Shown here in pieces: positions 1 to 10,107 of a stretch of 64,000 bases of DNA. This DNA is from a virus. Taxonomy: Duplodnaviria; Heunggongvirae; Uroviricota; Caudoviricetes. The DNA lies in the IMG/VR virus record IMGVR_UViG_3300044845_000732, positions 1-64,000 of that record; one strand, 5' to 3'. The position numbers were made by a program, and so were the translations under genes. The notes beneath the pieces are model-generated. The model did no database searches, was not told the DNA's origin, and saw nothing but the letters and a program-made list of their open reading frames with translations. The stretch's first letter is position 1; each line of letters starts with the position of its first letter.

Positions 1-66
1 AATCATGTATCTGCAAGAGCTAAAGAATTCCTGAAACACGGTATCTCAATGATTAAAGGTCAATAA
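1..66 (+). CDS. 3' end of upstream gene (C-terminal fragment)
   Basis: Frame 1 is open from the window edge to TAA at 64-66 (...EFLKHGISMIKGQ*). Confidence 0.3.
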   Translation, partial: NHVSARAKEFLKHGISMIKGQ

Positions 67-127
67 GTTGAACTTTCAAAAAATATAATTTATAATTAGT
101 GTTCCTATTAGGGACACTTTTTTTTTT

Positions 128-511
128 ATGTCAACACAATCACACATCGACAAGGTAGAGTTAAAGGCGAATTTACTTTCGTACCCATCCCATGTTGGTG
201 CCCCAAAGATAGATGTACCCGACTTAACATCATTTAAGAAAAACGGGACCGACCGGGTGAACAAAATTTATGACACAAAATATAAAGAACTCATGCGAGA
301 CGCAGAGAACCTTTATAATTCATTTATTCTTAACCAAGAGGTCTATGAGTCATCTTATCGTTTTGAACCCATTATTGGTCAAATTTACCACCTCTATGAA
401 GATGTTAAAGGTAATAAGTTCTTATCTCTAATCGAACCCAATACGTGGAGACAGAAACACGTTTATTCTGTCATTCTAAATTCAGATATGACATGGACAA
501 AGATAGAGTAA
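128..511 (+). CDS. hypothetical protein
   Basis: 127-aa ORF; 3' end overlaps the 445..744 ORF out of frame. Confidence 0.45.
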   Translation: MSTQSHIDKVELKANLLSYPSHVGAPKIDVPDLTSFKKNGTDRVNKIYDTKYKELMRDAENLYNSFILNQEVYESSYRFEPIIGQIYHLYEDVKGNKFLSLIEPNTWRQKHVYSVILNSDMTWTKIE

Positions 512-744
512 AACGATTATGTGAAACGGTTTTAGGGATTTCATATAGCGGGGTTACAATATGTGATTTTGATATGACACCCACGTTTAAGTATGATAAA
601 AATTTAAGTAAATGGGTTCCGGATTCATTTGCATTGTTTGTCCAAATTAAATCACCATTACCGAGAGAATCTTATAGACCAACAAATGTCCAAGAAACTT
701 TGGAGGGTGTGTTAGGTTTTGAATGTTGTGTAGATTTCGCCTAA
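445..744 (+). CDS. hypothetical protein (possibly frameshifted continuation of 128..511)
   Basis: 99-aa ORF in a different frame with a 67-nt overlap. Confidence 0.3.
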   Translation: METETRLFCHSKFRYDMDKDRVKRLCETVLGISYSGVTICDFDMTPTFKYDKNLSKWVPDSFALFVQIKSPLPRESYRPTNVQETLEGVLGFECCVDFA

Positions 745-900
745 CTAGTTCTAGTACTAGTGCTTATTTTTCTTTTTTACTTTTTTATTATATTTTATTA
801 TTATATTATTATTCTTTTAAGAATAATAATTATTCCCTTCCCGACCAAAGTTTCATGTTTTTATCAACAATCGTATATTTATTTAGAAATAGTTTAAAAT

Positions 901-1212
901 ATGCAAAATGAATCAGTTTGGACCGTCTTAATTACAGCGTTGACCGTATTAGGTTCTGCAAGTGCTTGGAGATTTTACGAAAAAAGAGCGTTAAGAAAAG
1001 AAAAAGATGAAGATTTTGTCAGACACGATTGTAGAGATAGAATTGGTAAATTAGAAGTATTATTACAAGAAAGTAGTAAAGAGAAGGATATTATGAGAGA
1101 AACTATCTTAAAACTAACAGAATCAGTTGCTCAATTAGCAATTAAAGTTGAATTCTTACAAAAAGAAAACAACGAACTTCACGCAACATTGAAAAGTAGT
1201 AAAAATATTTAA
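901..1212 (+). CDS. membrane-anchored coiled-coil protein
   Basis: N-terminal hydrophobic helix followed by a charged coiled-coil-like region. Confidence 0.5.
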   Translation: MQNESVWTVLITALTVLGSASAWRFYEKRALRKEKDEDFVRHDCRDRIGKLEVLLQESSKEKDIMRETILKLTESVAQLAIKVEFLQKENNELHATLKSSKNI

Positions 1213-1496
1213 GAATCAAACCTTACATAAGTTTGTATTTTAGATTCAGGGTAAAAATATACCATAGAATCTTGAATTAAAACACTTGCAAGTGTGTCAT
1301 CCATAACAGATTCGTTAATTGTCTCCCCTAAAACAACCACAATTTCAAATAATAAAACATTTGTTGAAAAACTATGAGTCATTGTATGAATTTTTATTCG
1401 TGCCTTATCCCCATAGAATTCCCTAACTGCGTCTCCACGGAAATCATTAATATAACTTTCTATTAGGCGAAAGAACCTTCGTTTCTTATCTAGCAT
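1209..1496 (-). CDS. hypothetical protein
   Basis: 95-aa ORF. Confidence 0.4.
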   Translation of the reverse strand: MLDKKRRFFRLIESYINDFRGDAVREFYGDKARIKIHTMTHSFSTNVLLFEIVVVLGETINESVMDDTLASVLIQDSMVYFYPESKIQTYVRFDS

Positions 1497-1533
1497 AATA
1501 AGAAATATAACAAAATTTTATAATTAAGATAGG

Positions 1534-1680
1534 TTATTTTCCTTGCCCTTTATATGATTTCTTGTAGTTTTTAGATTGTTTTAACTTAGATGTCTTAGTT
1601 TTTGAATGAACCCCCGGACGACTAACTTTTGAAGTCTCTAATTTAACTGATGAATTTGAACCTGTATTAACTTTTGCCAT
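1534..1680 (-). CDS. small basic protein (48 aa, Lys/Ser-rich)
   Basis: ATG (cat at 1678-1680) to TAA; MAKVNTGSNSSVKLETSKVSRPGVHSKTKTSKLKQSKNYKKSYKGQGK. Below the ORF-track length cutoff. Confidence 0.3.
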   Translation of the reverse strand: MAKVNTGSNSSVKLETSKVSRPGVHSKTKTSKLKQSKNYKKSYKGQGK

Positions 1681-1745
1681 GTTATAAGTTTTTTAGATAA
1701 ATAGTCTTTTTTTGATATTTATTATTAAGTAAATTACCAAATACT

Positions 1746-1997
1746 ATGAAAAAATTTTTTAGCGAGTTATTCAATGATGAGAACTCAATTAATGAAAAAA
1801 GTGTTGTTGGCTTTTTAGCCTTCATCATGATGAGTATATTCGCAATTGCGGATATTGTCACAGGTTATTTAGGTCAAGACCTAGTAATAAACGAGTTTAT
1901 CTTCAACGCCTTTATGTGGTTAGTTTTAGGTTCATTTGGAATCGGTTCGGTTGACAAATGGATTAACAAAAACAAAGGTGAAGAAACTGAAGAGTAA
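1746..1997 (+). CDS. small membrane protein
   Basis: Two hydrophobic segments; a strong terminator follows. Confidence 0.5.
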   Translation: MKKFFSELFNDENSINEKSVVGFLAFIMMSIFAIADIVTGYLGQDLVINEFIFNAFMWLVLGSFGIGSVDKWINKNKGEETEE

Positions 1998-2003
1998 ATT
2001 AAC

Positions 2004-2033
2004 TAACCCCTCCTAACCGAGGGGTTTTTTATT
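2004..2033 (+). terminator. rho-independent terminator
   Basis: Hairpin CCCCTC-ctaacc-GAGGGG followed by a T-run. Confidence 0.6.
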
Positions 2034-2052
2034 TATTGAGGTATTTATAAAT

Positions 2053-3033
2053 ATGAAAATTAAAATTACCGAATCTCAATATAAATTATATTTGAAGGAA
2101 CAAAATATTGTAGATGTAGCAAAATCTTTAGAGGTTGTTATGCCGACAATTTCCCCAATTCCAAAAAGTAAAACACAAGCGGCTAAGGTTATACCAAAAA
2201 TATTAAATTCTGAGGGTATTGGTACTTATGATTTTTCTACTGACGGGACTGACGTTAATTTAAATTTAGATGTTAAAAAAATGGTTGATAGAATTCGATT
2301 TTATCAATATTTTATTAGTTTACAAGAGGAAACTGATGGTCGTGGGTTCTTCTTTGAAGGTTTGATGGCTGGGTTATTTACCGGTGGAGTTGCAATACCA
2401 ACAACTGAAGGTAATCGAGAAGGTACTATGGCTGACATTATGATTGAAGGGGTTCCTTATTCTGTTAAACTCACAATTCCCGGGGAAAGATATTCACTAG
2501 GGTCATTAAATAAAGGTTTAAAAGTTGCGTTACAAGGTATTTCAGAAGATGATACATTATCAGTTGAAGGTATTAAAAAACCATATGATTTAATGAAAAA
2601 AGGACCTGAATATGATTTTTATAAAAATCAAATGATGCAAGTTTCTTTTAATAATGTAAATTGGATATTTGGAGTATTACCTAAAACGGGAAATGTTATT
2701 GAATACACTGTAAAAAATAACGAAGAAGTTATGGATATGTTGTTGAGAAAAGCAAATTCAGGTAAAGTTAGTTCTTCGATATCATTATCTCATAATGATG
2801 CTCTATCAGGAAATAGAAAAACTATTACTTTTCCGATTATAGATGTAAATAAAATAAATAACTTTAGGTATAACAAAGAAAGAGGTCAAAAAGCTGATAA
2901 AATTGCTGAATTATTTGGAAAATATTCAAAAAATATTCGTTATGATGTTTTGGAGTATATTAGAAAAAATCCTGACGCTTTTTTAAAAAGAGTTATAAAT
3001 TTATATGGTGACAGATTGAAAGATTTAATATAA
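2053..3033 (+). CDS. hypothetical protein
   Basis: 326-aa ORF with no recognisable motif. Confidence 0.6.
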   Translation: MKIKITESQYKLYLKEQNIVDVAKSLEVVMPTISPIPKSKTQAAKVIPKILNSEGIGTYDFSTDGTDVNLNLDVKKMVDRIRFYQYFISLQEETDGRGFFFEGLMAGLFTGGVAIPTTEGNREGTMADIMIEGVPYSVKLTIPGERYSLGSLNKGLKVALQGISEDDTLSVEGIKKPYDLMKKGPEYDFYKNQMMQVSFNNVNWIFGVLPKTGNVIEYTVKNNEEVMDMLLRKANSGKVSSSISLSHNDALSGNRKTITFPIIDVNKINNFRYNKERGQKADKIAELFGKYSKNIRYDVLEYIRKNPDAFLKRVINLYGDRLKDLI

Positions 3034-3038
3034 TTTTA

Positions 3039-3046
3039 TATCTTTG
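3039..3046 (+). promoter_or_regulatory. Bacteroidetes-type -7 box TAtcTTTG
   Basis: TATCTTTG lies 5 nt upstream of the ATG at 3052. Confidence 0.4.
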
Positions 3047-3051
3047 CACCT

Positions 3052-3279
3052 ATGGCAATAGAAGTTACTAAAAATACAAAAAGACAAGTAGTTTACGAGG
3101 ATGAACAAAGTACTACCATTTGGAAATATGACTCATCTATAACAACTTTTGGACCTGTAGAGGTCGAAATTAGGCATAAAAAGGGGTATGAATGGTCTGA
3201 CCCATCTAAAAAGAAAACTTTAGGAGATTTAGCAAAAGAAGCTAAGAAAAAAACTACAAGAAAATCAAAGATTTCTTAA
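3052..3279 (+). CDS. hypothetical protein with a basic C-terminus
   Basis: 75-aa ORF just downstream of the -7 box. Confidence 0.45.
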   Translation: MAIEVTKNTKRQVVYEDEQSTTIWKYDSSITTFGPVEVEIRHKKGYEWSDPSKKKTLGDLAKEAKKKTTRKSKIS

Positions 3280-3900
3280 TTGTTTGTCTATAAGAAATTT
3301 TAGACTAACAAGAGTGTCTTTGTCTAATTTAGGAATGAGTTTTTCGGTATTTTCTAATAATTTTCTTGGGTTACGAGATTCTTGGACATTATTTGGAGCC
3401 TCTTTAACTCTATCAATTCCCCAATCATTCATTTCCCAATTATCATAATCGGTACTTTTTAAATTACCGGAATAAACATCCCAATTACCATCGTTTCTTT
3501 GTGAATATAAAGAATCTGTCACCCAATCTTTATCGTAACATGAGAAACGAGTTTCATAATATTCGATAAATGTGCAAGTACCATTAGTAGTATATTCAAC
3601 TAAATAATCTTTTGATTGTGGGATTATAAGTTGTTCTATCATTGACTTATCTCCATTAGATATTTGAGAAAGCAAACCACTATTAATTTCCAAAAATTTC
3701 ATAAAAAATTGGACATCATCTTCTACGACTGATTCGTCAAAATATTTGGATATTTTTGAAAGAATATTTTCATTGTCGTAATACACAGCATCATAGTTAT
3801 GAGTAATATCATCCCATTCAAATCCATCTTCGATAAGTTTATTCGCAATAAAAACTAATTGTTTTTTTGGAAATCTTGAAAAGTTACTTTGGTCTGCCAT
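3265..3900 (-). CDS. hypothetical protein
   Basis: 211-aa ORF. Confidence 0.55.
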   Translation of the reverse strand: MADQSNFSRFPKKQLVFIANKLIEDGFEWDDITHNYDAVYYDNENILSKISKYFDESVVEDDVQFFMKFLEINSGLLSQISNGDKSMIEQLIIPQSKDYLVEYTTNGTCTFIEYYETRFSCYDKDWVTDSLYSQRNDGNWDVYSGNLKSTDYDNWEMNDWGIDRVKEAPNNVQESRNPRKLLENTEKLIPKLDKDTLVSLKFLIDKQLRNL

Positions 3901-3924
3901 ACTAATAAATACAACAAAAGGTGG

Positions 3925-4221
3925 TTATTCACCACCTTTATGTTCTCTTTTTAAATAATCAACCAAATTTTGTAATTTGTCTGAATCTTCCGGATTAAAG
4001 ATAAATTCATCAAATGCTCCGTATCTACATTGTCTTCCAAAGATATATCTCAAACCATAACCAACTCTCTGCCAAAATGGGCGTTTGGTTAAATGTGTGT
4101 GAATATAAACCGTTGGATATGTTATACCCTCAATTTCGTCCTCAGCGTATAGAACAACCATTTGATGTTCAGTTGAATGACAATCACAAATTAATAAATC
4201 TTTTTTATTTTCCATCTTCAA
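3925..4221 (-). CDS. hypothetical protein
   Basis: 98-aa ORF containing a CDCH motif. Confidence 0.4.
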   Translation of the reverse strand: MKMENKKDLLICDCHSTEHQMVVLYAEDEIEGITYPTVYIHTHLTKRPFWQRVGYGLRYIFGRQCRYGAFDEFIFNPEDSDKLQNLVDYLKREHKGGE

Positions 4222-4909
4222 TAAAATTTACTTCGTTTGTATCCGGATTCCAATCAATAGTCATTGGTCTTTGTGCATAATTATATCTCTCATCTAAAAC
4301 CGCTGAGTTAAAATGGTGTGTATCGCCTTTTCTAACATAACCATAACCGGTGTGGATATGACCAACATTATGAATTTTAACGTTTAATCTCTCTAATCTT
4401 TCAACCAATAACTCACAACCTAAATTATCGTATCTTCTACCATCAACGGTGTCTAATATTCCAAAGGCCGGTCCGTGAGTTAGTAAAATATCAGTATCAT
4501 CAGGAATTCCTTCCCATTTGCCTGAAAGAGCAATACCATTTTTTTGTAAATTGAAAGCCCAATCGTGAAACCAAGGTTGCCAAGGACTACCATAGATTTT
4601 AACTTCTCTCTCATCACCAACTTTTATTACTAATTCACTATCTTGAAGATAGGTTATTCCTGAGTAAAATTTCAAAATTTCTTTTACTACTTCAGTGTTG
4701 TCTTGGAATCCCCAATCGTGGTTTCCTGCAATGAATACCTTGTGAGTATAACCTTCAATACCATTAAACCACTTACAGAACTCTCTGATTTCGTGCTCGT
4801 AACCCATTGAAGAGATATCACCACTATGTACCAATAAATCACCACCCGGTAAATCACCGGTAATTTGTTTGTGTTTGTTGTGTGTGTCTGAAATAAGTGT
4901 TATTCTCAT
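4205..4909 (-). CDS. calcineurin-like metallophosphoesterase
   Basis: Motifs DTHNKH, GDxxxxG, GNHD and GHxH. A TAtcTTTG box sits 17 nt upstream (4926-4933). Confidence 0.7.
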   Translation of the reverse strand: MRITLISDTHNKHKQITGDLPGGDLLVHSGDISSMGYEHEIREFCKWFNGIEGYTHKVFIAGNHDWGFQDNTEVVKEILKFYSGITYLQDSELVIKVGDEREVKIYGSPWQPWFHDWAFNLQKNGIALSGKWEGIPDDTDILLTHGPAFGILDTVDGRRYDNLGCELLVERLERLNVKIHNVGHIHTGYGYVRKGDTHHFNSAVLDERYNYAQRPMTIDWNPDTNEVNFIEDGK

Positions 4910-4944
4910 TAGTTCTATTTTTTTACAAAGATAACAAAAATATT

Positions 4945-5145
4945 CTAATTTTCGTCATAATCTTTTCTATTTTCTTTTTCTTCTTTGTCCCAAAGATTAA
5001 TATCTAATTTGTCATCCTCATTCCAATTTAACCAATCTTCACCTTTATAATCAGGGTGGTTTTTTTGCATATTTGTAATTGAGTTAACCCATAAAATACA
5101 TAAAGCAACAACCACAATAAACATCAATAAATAAACTTTCCACAT
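4945..5145 (-). CDS. small membrane protein
   Basis: Hydrophobic N-terminus followed by an acidic tail. Confidence 0.35.
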   Translation of the reverse strand: MWKVYLLMFIVVVALCILWVNSITNMQKNHPDYKGEDWLNWNEDDKLDINLWDKEEKENRKDYDEN

Positions 5146-5277
5146 AACTATTTGTTTTTAATTTTTTCAACAATTGCGGATATAATTAAGGTGGTAATAA
5201 ATCCTCCAAAAATTACTAAACCAATATAAGATTCTGATTCCATATTTATAATTTTATTGATAAATATTACGGTCAGA

Positions 5278-5913
5278 CTAATCCCACCATCCTTCGATGT
5301 TTTCTTCCATTATTTTGAATAACAATTTTCTAACTCTATCGTGATTTATGTATCCGATATTCATAGCAATTAATTGTTTATCATCCTCACGACCTTTTCT
5401 ATTAATAATACCCTCACCATTTAACACTCTTTTGTAAATTAATGGGTATTTTTTAAAATAATCGTCAAAATTTTCCTCTAATGTTCTTGATTCCCAAGAT
5501 GATAATCTTTCGTCACCCGGAACTGGTTCAAACCAATGTTTTGTTTTATGATAATCTGAGTATTCTGACGAATAAAACTCATCTTGAACCAATTTCATTA
5601 GTTTAACACACAATTTCATTCTTTTTGCGTCTAACTGAGCTCGAGTATGTAAATCTCTACGACCAATATAGTCGGCTTGAGACGATAATTTGTGTTTCAT
5701 TATCTCAAAGATGTAATGACTATCCCAATTTCGGTCTTTCCATATGATTGGGAACCAATAAATTAGGTTTTTTACACCTCTTTTGAATTCAAGATGTAAA
5801 TATTTCCCTTCGTGGTCCCACCATAATGGAATAAACCGTAATTTTCTTACAATCCATGGTTGTTTTTCACGTTTTTCCGCCCATTGTTCAAATATGTCTT
5901 TTTCTGGCTCCAT
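5278..5913 (-). CDS. hypothetical protein
   Basis: 211-aa ORF; a TAtcTTTG box lies at 5930-5937 on the minus strand. Confidence 0.55.
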   Translation of the reverse strand: MEPEKDIFEQWAEKREKQPWIVRKLRFIPLWWDHEGKYLHLEFKRGVKNLIYWFPIIWKDRNWDSHYIFEIMKHKLSSQADYIGRRDLHTRAQLDAKRMKLCVKLMKLVQDEFYSSEYSDYHKTKHWFEPVPGDERLSSWESRTLEENFDDYFKKYPLIYKRVLNGEGIINRKGREDDKQLIAMNIGYINHDRVRKLLFKIMEENIEGWWD

Positions 5914-6051
5914 TTTTTAATATTTTTTACAAAGATAGTAAAAAAATAAGACCCGTCAAAATAAATTTACGGGTCTTTTGGAAAAAGATATATGAGAACA
6001 CTCTCAAAGGAGTGGTGTGTATGAATAAATACACTAATATTCTAAAAAAGT

Positions 6052-6315
6052 TCAGTTAGTCGTATTGTGAACGAACTTTTTTTTGAATGTTATAGAAATT
6101 CTTTTTTGATGAAAACTACTCCAAAAATTATTTCTCAATCTTCTTAAGAATTTTGATTCAATACTATTAACTCCGGTATCCAAATGATTAATAACCCAAA
6201 GATTAAAACATTTTTCTGCACAGTCTAAATGTTCTCTTGTTTGAGAAGATTCTAAAACTTTTACCGCCCATTTATAGTTGGTAAGTGCCACTTTTAAGTT
6301 AGTAGATATTGCCAT
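6052..6315 (-). CDS. hypothetical protein
   Basis: 87-aa ORF; a TAccTTTG box lies at 6334-6341 on the minus strand. Confidence 0.4.
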   Translation of the reverse strand: MAISTNLKVALTNYKWAVKVLESSQTREHLDCAEKCFNLWVINHLDTGVNSIESKFLRRLRNNFWSSFHQKRISITFKKKFVHNTTN

Positions 6316-6366
6316 AGTTTTATTTTTTTTTTACAAAGGTAATGAAAAAAATAAAATATCAAAAAA

Positions 6367-7188
6367 TTATTTTAATAAATTATAATATTCTTTAAAATGC
6401 TTAATTCTATCAGGTAAACCAATAGTTCCACCATTTACTCTTTTAGTTACTGCCGTTACTGTTGCGTCGTCAGCTCCTTTATCACAAATAGACCAAAGTT
6501 TGTTTGAGTCGAAGAAGAATGCTGCTGATGCTAATGGATATTTTGTTGCGACTAAATCAGGATTTGATACAGTATCTTCACCGATAAATTTCGCGAAGTT
6601 TGTATAGTTTTGTTTTCCTGTTAATTGAATATAACCACGACCTCTGAATTTGAAACCATCTTTTGATGCCTCATCTCCATTACCCATTCTTCCACCATAT
6701 ACTTTTGATGCAATTTTTTCAGGGTTTCTTGCGTAAGATTCTGCTAAGTTGCCCGGAAAGTATTTTGGGAAGATTTTTTTAAGACCATCAGCAGAATAAT
6801 TTACATTTTCAGAAACTGCTTTAAATCCACCTGATTCATGACCACATTGTGCCAAGAAATGAGCTAATCTTAATGGATTAGTGATGTTGAATTTTTTTGC
6901 AGTGTCAGGAATTTGAACAATTACTGATTCCGGAATGTGTCCTTTTAATTTTTCTAATTTTAATGGTCCTCCCGATGGAATAACGACATCTTCTTTAATG
7001 ATTTCCCCCGGAAACATTTTTTTCCAAGTTCCATCACCAACAATCCCGTCAGATGTTAATCCATTTTTAGTTTGCCATTCTTTAACCAATTTTTCAGTTC
7101 CGGGACCGAAAACACCATCAGGTGTTGTCCCTAATTTTGATTGAAGTTTTTTAACTTCTTCGCCTTTTGAGCCATTTTTTAGTATCAT
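6367..7188 (-). CDS. endolysin: N-terminal peptidoglycan-binding domain plus GH19 lysozyme/chitinase-like catalytic domain
   Basis: PG_binding_1-like repeats (LQSKLGTTPDGVFGPGT, KNGLTSDGIVGDGT). GH19-type motifs AHFLAQCGHESGGF, YGGRMGNG and GRGYIQLTGKQNY. Confidence 0.7.
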   Translation of the reverse strand: MILKNGSKGEEVKKLQSKLGTTPDGVFGPGTEKLVKEWQTKNGLTSDGIVGDGTWKKMFPGEIIKEDVVIPSGGPLKLEKLKGHIPESVIVQIPDTAKKFNITNPLRLAHFLAQCGHESGGFKAVSENVNYSADGLKKIFPKYFPGNLAESYARNPEKIASKVYGGRMGNGDEASKDGFKFRGRGYIQLTGKQNYTNFAKFIGEDTVSNPDLVATKYPLASAAFFFDSNKLWSICDKGADDATVTAVTKRVNGGTIGLPDRIKHFKEYYNLLK

Positions 7189-7225
7189 AGTAATTTACGT
7201 TTTTATTACTATAAATACTTTACCT

Positions 7226-8200
7226 TTAGTCCTTTTTACCCGTTCTTATTAAATAAAAATTTGAAGACCCCCCATTTATCGGAGAATTAATGGTAAAACT
7301 TTGAACACCGGGATACGAAATTCTTAAATCAGTAGTTGAAGAATTTAGAATTGAATATTGTGATGGTGTGAAGATTCTTGAATTAGGAAGTGAGGTTTCC
7401 CAAGAAGAAAATCTACCGGATTTTTTCATAAAAATGTAATATGAATCCGATATATTGATTCTACCATCGTTATTAACGTCATATCTATAATAATCTAATG
7501 AAGTTAATGTTCTTGATATTGATTTGGTATTTGATTGTTGTGCATCAACATTTTCTAATAAAGGTGGAGTGGATGGTGTACCAATTTGTAAATACCATTC
7601 AACTGAAGGGTTTGAAGCTTCATTAATTGAGTATCTCCCATTAGAATCTGTGTAAACACTTTTTACGTATGCCCATTCCGTAAATGTTACAATATACTCA
7701 AACTCCAAAACATATGGTAATGAAATATTAGGTAAATCATTCCATTTACCACCACCAACAAATTGAATATAATCTTCATTACCTGCGTTATTTGGTTCCC
7801 CACCATTCCAATTAGACCAAGAAAAGGGTTCATTTGTAACCCATCTCCAAGTACCTTCTGATACTTCATCTGTTAATCCAATCCAACCATTTGGCCATAG
7901 ATTAAATATAAAGTTATTCTCAGCGGGTGAAGTTACTGTAACTAAATGACCTCCCATGTTTAAACACGCCTGTCTTGCATCCGTCCAAGTCATCGAACCG
8001 GTTGAACGATAATATGAATGTCCGTTATAATTATTTTGAGAGGTAAACCCATTTAAAGTTGGTGTTGTTCTTTTATACAACTTTACTTCCATATTTTGAA
8101 TACCACCACCTACCGAGTTATAGATATAACCCGAGTAAGTAAAATTTTGACTCCAAGAGATTGTTGAAAATAAAAGTAATATGTAGAATAACTTTGTCAT
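7226..8200 (-). CDS. secreted C-type lectin domain protein (EPN motif)
   Basis: Signal peptide. CTLD signature CLNMGGHLVTVTS...WIGLTD...GEPNN...EDYIQF..GKWNDL. Confidence 0.7.
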   Translation of the reverse strand: MTKLFYILLLFSTISWSQNFTYSGYIYNSVGGGIQNMEVKLYKRTTPTLNGFTSQNNYNGHSYYRSTGSMTWTDARQACLNMGGHLVTVTSPAENNFIFNLWPNGWIGLTDEVSEGTWRWVTNEPFSWSNWNGGEPNNAGNEDYIQFVGGGKWNDLPNISLPYVLEFEYIVTFTEWAYVKSVYTDSNGRYSINEASNPSVEWYLQIGTPSTPPLLENVDAQQSNTKSISRTLTSLDYYRYDVNNDGRINISDSYYIFMKKSGRFSSWETSLPNSRIFTPSQYSILNSSTTDLRISYPGVQSFTINSPINGGSSNFYLIRTGKKD

Positions 8201-8647
8201 TTATTGTTCTAATGCGTTTTGTATTGCTTTTTTTAATGCCGAAGAAAATGCCGATTTTTCAAAAGGGAGATTTTCATCCTGTAATTCTATAAATGTTGAT
8301 TTTACATCAGTATTTGAATCACCAACACCTTTATATTCTTTACCATCTTTAGTGATAATTAAAGTAACTATTGTTTTTTTTCTTTTTCTTTCGAATGGTC
8401 CTAATGATATACCCGTTGAAGGTGCTTCAATACTTTCGATTAAGACTGACACAGGTTTACCATCTTCGCATATTGTATTGTTAACCGATAATATTTCTTC
8501 GGTTATTTGTTTAACACCTAAAGTAAATCTTTTTGGGTTAACCCCTTCGATTTCTCCGTTGTTTTTAATGTCTTTCACAGTGTAACAATTTTGTGAGAAT
8601 GATGTTAATGAACCTAACATCAGTAATGTAATTAATAATTTTTTCAT
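8201..8647 (-). CDS. secreted protein
   Basis: N-terminal signal peptide; immediately follows the lectin gene. Confidence 0.5.
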   Translation of the reverse strand: MKKLLITLLMLGSLTSFSQNCYTVKDIKNNGEIEGVNPKRFTLGVKQITEEILSVNNTICEDGKPVSVLIESIEAPSTGISLGPFERKRKKTIVTLIITKDGKEYKGVGDSNTDVKSTFIELQDENLPFEKSAFSSALKKAIQNALEQ

Positions 8648-8649
8648 GG

Positions 8650-10107
8650 TTATAAAAATGCTTTAGCTCCAAGTAATACTTGGTAGTTTAGTGGTTGGTC
8701 ATTTATTTGTTGAACACCACTAAAACTTATGTTTAGTTTAAATTTTTTAGTTAGTTTATAGTCAACAGCGACAAATGGGACCGCTAATAAACCTGATTGA
8801 TACCATATTCCTTCATAGTAATAAACAAAAGGTGAGTATACGACAACAAACATTGTTGTTAAACCCATTTTTTTATTAACATTAAAACTACCAAAACCAC
8901 CTCCTAATGTTGAGATACTTTGGAATTTAGAATCTCCTAAATTTCCTGTTGTGTAGTTAACCCCTACCGTTGTGGTGATTTTTTTTATTTGGTAAGACTC
9001 CATCACTGAAGTGGTGTTAAAAAAATCTTTATCAAAATTCATCATAGATGAATTTGCGATAATAGTTGTTGATTTTTTATAACGATACGACGCAAATAAT
9101 GTGATATTTGTGTTGTTAATTTGACTTGTGTAGTTAACTAACGCTCCTTTTGCAAACGTATTTTTAGTGTTTGATGAAATAATACTTGTATTTACTCTTA
9201 TTTGAGAAGGGTCAGTACCGGAGGCACTCCCTATTACAACAATATCACCTGTCATCATTAAACTACCTTTTTTAACAGCTGCGACTTTACTTTTAGTTGA
9301 CGAAGAGGATGATGATGATGATGATTGTGCGTCATCAAGTTTTTCTTTATCAGATTTTTCGGTATTATCTAATCTAACAGAATTAATTCCACCTGTAATA
9401 TTACTTGCTCCTGAGGAATTATTATTATTTGGTGTTGTGGAGTTATTAGTATTTGGTGTTGTATTATTACCGGAAGTTACAGGTGACTGAGACGACTGAC
9501 CTCCTGTTGTAGTTGGGTCATTTGAATTTGAAGTCGTTCCTCCTTGCGGATTAGTTCCGTTTCCAACTCCTGAACCATTGTTTTGATTTCCCCCGCTTTG
9601 CGAAGTTCCTGAATTTGTGTTAGTAGTTGTTGTACTTCCTCCGTTAATATTAGTTGTTGCATTATTTTCTATTTTAGTTTTATCCTTCTGTCTTTCATTA
9701 TTGGATGATACTTTTTCATCCGCTTGAATAACACCTTCCACATTTGACATACCTGCAGATGATATTGAAGACATTGAGGTCAATACAGTAGTTATTACTT
9801 GTATGTTATTGGCAGCAATAGTTGCGTTTATTGATGTGTTTTGTAATAAACCAACCCCACTACAAGGACCTGATGGATTTTGAGAATCCACTTGGTTTAT
9901 CCATTGTTCCATGGCACCTGATTGAAGTTGAGCGTACGTAAAACTTTGAACAGAACCATTATATGATAGTACTACACTTTGGCTTGGGTTTGGTATGTAA
10001 ATTTCCTTGGTTTTAGAAGTACAAGGGTCTGCATAAGAATATGTAAACCCTTGACCTAATACCATAGTTGTAAATATAAGAAATAAAAATGAGAATATCG
10101 TCTTCAT
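8650..10107 (-). CDS. secreted low-complexity (S/T/N/G-rich) protein with a C-terminal beta-barrel-like domain
   Basis: Signal peptide. Long disordered S/T/N/G tract. C-terminal ~200 aa of alternating hydrophobic beta-strand pattern ending in ...GAKAFL. Confidence 0.5.
   Translation of the reverse strand: MKTIFSFLFLIFTTMVLGQGFTYSYADPCTSKTKEIYIPNPSQSVVLSYNGSVQSFTYAQLQSGAMEQWINQVDSQNPSGPCSGVGLLQNTSINATIAANNIQVITTVLTSMSSISSAGMSNVEGVIQADEKVSSNNERQKDKTKIENNATTNINGGSTTTTNTNSGTSQSGGNQNNGSGVGNGTNPQGGTTSNSNDPTTTGGQSSQSPVTSGNNTTPNTNNSTTPNNNNSSGASNITGGINSVRLDNTEKSDKEKLDDAQSSSSSSSSSTKSKVAAVKKGSLMMTGDIVVIGSASGTDPSQIRVNTSIISSNTKNTFAKGALVNYTSQINNTNITLFASYRYKKSTTIIANSSMMNFDKDFFNTTSVMESYQIKKITTTVGVNYTTGNLGDSKFQSISTLGGGFGSFNVNKKMGLTTMFVVVYSPFVYYYEGIWYQSGLLAVPFVAVDYKLTKKFKLNISFSGVQQINDQPLNYQVLLGAKAFL

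Noticed and set aside
76-264. Minus-strand ORF of 62 aa
   Set aside because: Antisense to 128..511, with no start context.
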